DNA of 40,009 nucleotides, from contig CAZPKJ010000004.1 of the NCBI GenBank assembly GCA_964587075.1, forward strand, positions 1 to 40,009, read 5' to 3'. The notes beneath the pieces are model-generated. The model worked only from the letters and a program-made list of their open reading frames with translations, had not been told where the DNA came from and ran no database searches. Position numbers and translations under genes: made by a program. Position 1 is the first letter of the stretch. Each line of letters starts with the position of its first letter. This DNA comes from an uncultured Flavobacteriaceae bacterium (GTDB lineage Bacteria; Bacteroidota; Bacteroidia; AKYH767-A; OLB10). This document shows, in pieces, positions 35,562 through 40,009 of this stretch.

Positions 35562-35681
35562 AGGTCTTGCATGAACACGGGAACTGCCAGGTAAGGCTTT
35601 TTCATTTCAATCAAGCACCTGATAATTTGTTATTGATTTATCAGTTTCAATTGCGTTATTTGCATAGGATAAGATTATTTT

Positions 35682-36557
35682 ATGGAGCTTAAAATCGAAA
35701 ATCTGAGTAAAACATACTCAAGTGGCGTGAAGGCATTAGACAGGGTTTCACTCGTAATTGGCACTGGTATGTTTGGCCTGCTGGGGCCTAACGGAGCGGG
35801 CAAATCAACACTTATGAGGATTATTGCAACGTTACAGGATGCGGACGAGGGTTCGGTAATGTTGGATGATATTAATGTTTTAAAGGACAAACAGGAAGTG
35901 CGGAAACTGCTTGGCTACCTGCCACAGGAATTTGGTGTTTATCCCCGGGTAACCGCCTTTCAAATGCTCGATCACATTGCTGTGTTAAAAGGAATTGTGA
36001 ATAAATCGGAGCGAAAGGAAATAGTAAGTGCACTGCTGGAACGGGTGAATCTGCATCAGCACCGCAAGAAAAATATCAGTGGTTTTTCGGGTGGGATGAA
36101 ACAACGGTTTGGTATTGCCCAGTCGTTACTGGGGAACCCAAGGCTCATCATCGTGGATGAACCAACAGCGGGACTTGATCCGGGCGAACGTAACAGGTTT
36201 TATAATTTGTTGTCCGAAATAGGCGAGAATGTAATTGTAATTCTGTCAACACATATTGTACAGGACGTGAAAGAACTTTGTGCCAATATGGCCATCATCG
36301 ACAAGGGAAAGCTGCTTTTTTCGGGAAGGCCCGACCAGGCGCTGAAATCGGTTGAGGGGAAGATTTGGGAGAAATCAATTTCCAAAGACGAGGTGGAATC
36401 TTATCATGAAAAGTATCAGTTGATTTCGGGTAAACTCGTCTCGGGAAAACCATTGATTCATATATTCAGCGAATCGGATCCAGGTAATGGTTTCAGGCCG
36501 GCGGCAGTGGATCTGGAGGATGTGTTCTTCAGCAGGATATCAGGACTTACTATTTAA
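35682..36557 (+). CDS. ABC transporter ATP-binding protein
   Basis: Walker A is GLLGPNGAGKST, the Q-loop is YLPQEFG, the signature is FSGGMKQR, Walker B is LIIVDEPTAGLD and the H-loop is LSTHIVQD. Confidence 0.9.
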   Translation: MELKIENLSKTYSSGVKALDRVSLVIGTGMFGLLGPNGAGKSTLMRIIATLQDADEGSVMLDDINVLKDKQEVRKLLGYLPQEFGVYPRVTAFQMLDHIAVLKGIVNKSERKEIVSALLERVNLHQHRKKNISGFSGGMKQRFGIAQSLLGNPRLIIVDEPTAGLDPGERNRFYNLLSEIGENVIVILSTHIVQDVKELCANMAIIDKGKLLFSGRPDQALKSVEGKIWEKSISKDEVESYHEKYQLISGKLVSGKPLIHIFSESDPGNGFRPAAVDLEDVFFSRISGLTI

Positions 36558-36566
36558 TTTGATTTC

Positions 36567-39500
36567 ATGAATTTTTTTCTTTTTGAAATACGATACTGGT
36601 TGCGACAACCAATGGTTTATGTCTTTTTCGTGATTAACGCGCTCCTGATTTTTGGTGCCACCACCAGTGATAACATTCAGGTTGGCGGGTCGTTCGGGAA
36701 TATCATGAAAAACGCACCCTTTGTGATTCAAACCCTGTATTCGGTAATGTCGTATATCACCCTGCTTATGACTACGTCGTTTGTGCTGGCTTCAACAACG
36801 CGCGACTTTACCTTCAACAGTTATCAGATAATATTTACAACACCGGTTAAAAGACGACAATACCTGCTCGGGCGTTTAGCCGGTGCCGTTATTATTTCAG
36901 TTATCCCGATGCTGGGAATTTCGGCAGGTATTATTGCCGGGTCGTATATGCCCTGGGTAGATTCTGCAAAAATAGGTCCGCTGTACCTGGGGGCACATGC
37001 AGCGGGGCTGCTGCAATTTGCCTTGCCCAATACTTTGTTTGGCGCATCTGTTGTATTTATGATAGCTGCCCTTACCAGGAATACCATTATTTCATTTATA
37101 GGATCACTGGTGCTTCTGGTAATTATGGGTGTTGCCGGCGCTTTCGCGGATGACCTGAACACGGAGTGGATTGCCATCCTGATTGATCCATACGGTTCAC
37201 AAACATTTTCGCTGCTCACCAAGTACTGGACGGTTAATTTGAAAAACAACGAAGTGCTGGGACTATCAGGCTTGTTTTTATACAACAGGATCATTTGGGT
37301 TGCCGTTAGTTTCTTACTGATTCTGATTACACTTTGGCGGTTTTCATTTACCGAGCTGACATCGCGCCGGAAAAAAATTATACCCGATGAAATTTATGAA
37401 AAAAGCCATATAAAAGTTGCAGCTGTCCCTGTAGCTGAACAATATTTTGGTATAGGCCCCTCATGGAAGATTTTCCGGTTCAAGCTGAATTATGAATTCA
37501 AAAGCCTGGTTAAGAGCCCTGCATTTATTGTGATTCTTTTCGCCGGACTACTGAATTTTATTCCCAATATTATTACCAACGACGGGCCCTACGGTTTAGC
37601 ATCTTACCCGGTAACATACATGATGATTGATATGGTTGAGGGCTCCTTTTATATGTTCCTTATCGCCATCATTATCATATATTCGGGTCAGTTAGTCTGG
37701 AAAGAACGTGAACATAAGGTCGACGAAATTTATGATGCTACACCACATGCCACATGGGTGTCGTGGATGTCGAAATTTACAGCACTGGCATTAATAATAT
37801 TTATAATCCAGGTATTGTGTATTGCTGCCTGCATTTCGGTACAGCTGGCAAAAGGGTTCAACGACATCAGGTTGATGGTTTATATTAAATCAATGCTGCT
37901 GATTGATTATCCGGGATTGTTGTTTTTGGTGGTGATTGCCATGCTGATTCACTCTCTTATTAATAACAAATACTTAGCCTTTTTTGCCTTTGTTGTTTTT
38001 TTACTGATGAACAATTTCTTTTGGTTGTTGCTTGAAGTGGAAAGTAACATGGTTAAGTATGGAAAACGACCCTCATTTATTTACAGCGACATGAATGGAT
38101 TCGGTCCGTTCATGGAAGGAATATTATGGTTTAGGGGGTACTGGTTATTATTTGCAGTAATGCTGGGATTTGTTTCGGTGTTTGCCTGGGCCCGCGGAAA
38201 AGAAACTTCGGCCGCCCATAAGGCCAGATTGATCATAGGTGGTATATTCGGAAAGTCACGCCTGGTTTTAGCCTATGTTTTGATATTATGGCTTGCCTGC
38301 GGATCATTTGTTTTTTACAATACAAAAGTCCTGAATGAAATTGTTTCGGGAGAGGAACTCGAAGACCGGCAGGTTGAATATGAGAAAAAGTTTAAAAAAT
38401 ATGAGCATATAGTTCAGCCCAGGATTACGGATGTAAAATATAAGATAGACCTTTTCCCGGATGAACGGAAAGTTGATGTTAAAGGTGTTTGGTGGGTGAA
38501 AAACAAAAGTGATCAGGTCATCGATTCATTGCACATTAACCTTATCAGGGATTTCAGGGTTACAATTGATATTCCTGGCTCGAAAGAAGTTTTTGCCGAT
38601 AACCGTTTGCTTTACAGGATTTACCGTTTGCATAACCCTATGCAGCCCGGCGACAGCTTGCGTATAACATTTAGTTCAGTGTATGAAGCTAAAGGAATCG
38701 AAAATGAAGTATCATTTACATCGGTTGTCGATAACGGATCATTTTTTAACAACACCGATATCTCTCCGCAATTAGGTTATCAGGCAGCCTACGAACTGAG
38801 CGATCGCGATAAGCGCCGAAAAAAAGGTCTCGGGGAGAAAAGCCGTATGCCAGCACTTGAACGGAATTGTACGACGCGGTGCATGAACCATTACATAGCC
38901 AACAATTCCGATTGGATAAATGTTGAAACCGTAATCAGTACAGCTTCCGGGCAAACAGCCATAGCACCCGGTAGCCTGAAACGAAAATGGGAGGCAAACA
39001 ATCGCAATTACTTCCATTACAAACTCGATCATTTTTCTGTGAACTTTTACTCATTTTTAAGTGCGAAGTATGAAATACTGCGTAGCCGTTACCAGGGCAT
39101 TGATGTAGAAGTATATTACGACAAGGCCCATACATACAACATAGAAAACATGGAACGTTCGATGAAGAAATCACTCGATTACTTCACCAAAAATTTCGGT
39201 CCTTATTATCACAAACAGGTTCGTATCATAGAATTTCCCCGATATGCAGGTTTCGCCCAGGCATTTCCCGGAACCATGCCCTATTCTGAAAGCGTTGGTT
39301 TTATTGCCAGGATCATAGAAAAATCGGATATAGACATGGTGTTTTATGTAGTGGCTCACGAAATGGCTCATCAGTATTGGGCACACCAGGTTATTGGTGC
39401 CGAAATGCAGGGTGCCACTTTATTGAGTGAAACATTTGCGCAGTATTCAGCACTCATGGTAATGGAACGGGAGTACGGCCGTGATGCCATGAAGAAGTTT

Positions 39501-40009
39501 TTAAAGTATGAAATGGATAATTATCTTCGGTCGAGAGGAACAGAAAGGCTTCGTGAAGAGCCTCTCATGTCGGTAGAGAATCAGGGGTACATCCATTACC
39601 GGAAAGGAAGCCTGGTTATGTATTACTTAAAAGAGATGATTGGAGAAGAAGCCGTGAACCGTTCGTTGCAAAGTTTAATCAGTAAATTCGCCTATGCCGA
39701 ACCCCCGTATCCTACGGCGCATCATGCCGTTGATGCTTTTCGTGCCAACACACCCGATTCATTGCAATACCTGATAACGGACCTCTTTGAAACAATAACA
39801 CTTTTTAATAACCGGACATTACAGGCTTCGGTTCGGAATTTACCCGAAAATAAATATGAATTAACTTTGCAACTGGAACTGCACAAGTTCCGGGCCGATT
39901 CACTTGGAAAAGAAATGGAAATTCCGGTAAACGACTGGATCGAAATAGGTGCGTTTGAAGCGCCTGATAAAAATGAACTGGTTGGAAAGGTGATTTACCG
40001 GGAAAAACA
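36567..40009 (+). CDS. Fusion protein of two tandem ABC-2-type permease modules and an M1-family zinc metallopeptidase domain; the 3' end lies beyond the window
   Basis: I translated the frame by eye from ATG 36567. It stays open for 1147 codons to the window edge and is absent from the track because it has no stop. About 13 hydrophobic helices fall in the first ~590 aa, followed by a soluble domain with VAHEMAHQYW...LLSETFAQY (HExxH plus a downstream Glu, the gluzincin/M1 signature). The ORF starts 9 nt after the ABC ATPase gene. Confidence 0.8.
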   Translation, partial: MNFFLFEIRYWLRQPMVYVFFVINALLIFGATTSDNIQVGGSFGNIMKNAPFVIQTLYSVMSYITLLMTTSFVLASTTRDFTFNSYQIIFTTPVKRRQYLLGRLAGAVIISVIPMLGISAGIIAGSYMPWVDSAKIGPLYLGAHAAGLLQFALPNTLFGASVVFMIAALTRNTIISFIGSLVLLVIMGVAGAFADDLNTEWIAILIDPYGSQTFSLLTKYWTVNLKNNEVLGLSGLFLYNRIIWVAVSFLLILITLWRFSFTELTSRRKKIIPDEIYEKSHIKVAAVPVAEQYFGIGPSWKIFRFKLNYEFKSLVKSPAFIVILFAGLLNFIPNIITNDGPYGLASYPVTYMMIDMVEGSFYMFLIAIIIIYSGQLVWKEREHKVDEIYDATPHATWVSWMSKFTALALIIFIIQVLCIAACISVQLAKGFNDIRLMVYIKSMLLIDYPGLLFLVVIAMLIHSLINNKYLAFFAFVVFLLMNNFFWLLLEVESNMVKYGKRPSFIYSDMNGFGPFMEGILWFRGYWLLFAVMLGFVSVFAWARGKETSAAHKARLIIGGIFGKSRLVLAYVLILWLACGSFVFYNTKVLNEIVSGEELEDRQVEYEKKFKKYEHIVQPRITDVKYKIDLFPDERKVDVKGVWWVKNKSDQVIDSLHINLIRDFRVTIDIPGSKEVFADNRLLYRIYRLHNPMQPGDSLRITFSSVYEAKGIENEVSFTSVVDNGSFFNNTDISPQLGYQAAYELSDRDKRRKKGLGEKSRMPALERNCTTRCMNHYIANNSDWINVETVISTASGQTAIAPGSLKRKWEANNRNYFHYKLDHFSVNFYSFLSAKYEILRSRYQGIDVEVYYDKAHTYNIENMERSMKKSLDYFTKNFGPYYHKQVRIIEFPRYAGFAQAFPGTMPYSESVGFIARIIEKSDIDMVFYVVAHEMAHQYWAHQVIGAEMQGATLLSETFAQYSALMVMEREYGRDAMKKFLKYEMDNYLRSRGTERLREEPLMSVENQGYIHYRKGSLVMYYLKEMIGEEAVNRSLQSLISKFAYAEPPYPTAHHAVDAFRANTPDSLQYLITDLFETITLFNNRTLQASVRNLPENKYELTLQLELHKFRADSLGKEMEIPVNDWIEIGAFEAPDKNELVGKVIYREK

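Noticed and set aside
1-40009. Mobile elements, an integrated phage, or tRNA and rRNA genes.
   Set aside because: No transposase-, integrase-, recombinase- or phage-like ORF appears in any frame. I noticed no long terminal inverted or direct repeats. Intergenic gaps are short (mostly under 150 nt), and none shows tRNA-like cloverleaf features. This was a by-eye scan only; tRNAscan-SE or Infernal would be decisive.

Overview
The window reads as a chromosomal, non-mobile segment of a Bacteroidota-type genome. Supporting signs are type A and type B T9SS C-terminal sorting domains, an S46 peptidase, TAnnTTTG-like -7 boxes, no Shine-Dalgarno sequences and lipobox-bearing ACIII subunits.

Layout:
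(1) 1-951: two minus-strand secreted proteins, one DUF4476-like (runs off the left edge) and one SPOR-domain.
(2) 1298-12440: an eight-gene respiratory operon. Alternative complex III (actABCDEF) is followed directly by aa3-type cytochrome c oxidase subunits II and I, and a strong intrinsic terminator closes it.
(3) 12.5-19.3 kb: housekeeping and orphan genes. These are two beta-rich secreted orphans, a PaaI thioesterase, a DPP11-like S46 peptidase, a DUF3127 OB-fold protein and HtpG.
(4) 19.4-26.0 kb: three adjacent large internally repetitive T9SS cargo proteins. They carry 8 x 207-nt modules, a 6-blade Kelch-like array and 14 GloVer-type repeats respectively.
(5) 26.2-33.5 kb: five same-strand envelope genes. 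In map order they are an alpha/alpha-toroid prenyltransferase-like protein, a membrane-anchored SGNH hydrolase, a TPR lipoprotein rich in Cys and His, a TfoX-N protein and a TonB-dependent receptor.
(6) 33.9-35.5 kb: an SGNH hydrolase with a T9SS tail.
(7) 35.7 kb to the end: an ABC ATPase plus a very large ORF fusing two ABC-2 permease modules to an M1 zinc-peptidase domain. This ORF is absent from the supplied track because it runs off the right edge.

I saw no rRNA, tRNA, CRISPR array, transposase, integrase or phage gene. I could not identify a recognisable defence or biosynthetic system. The best candidates for new biology are the ABC-permease/M1-peptidase fusion with an apparent 13th helix, the DUF3127 protein with an SSB-like disordered tail ending DNDLPF, and the length-locked 207-nt module array in the T9SS cargo island.

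All family assignments come from motif recognition by eye. No searches were run.
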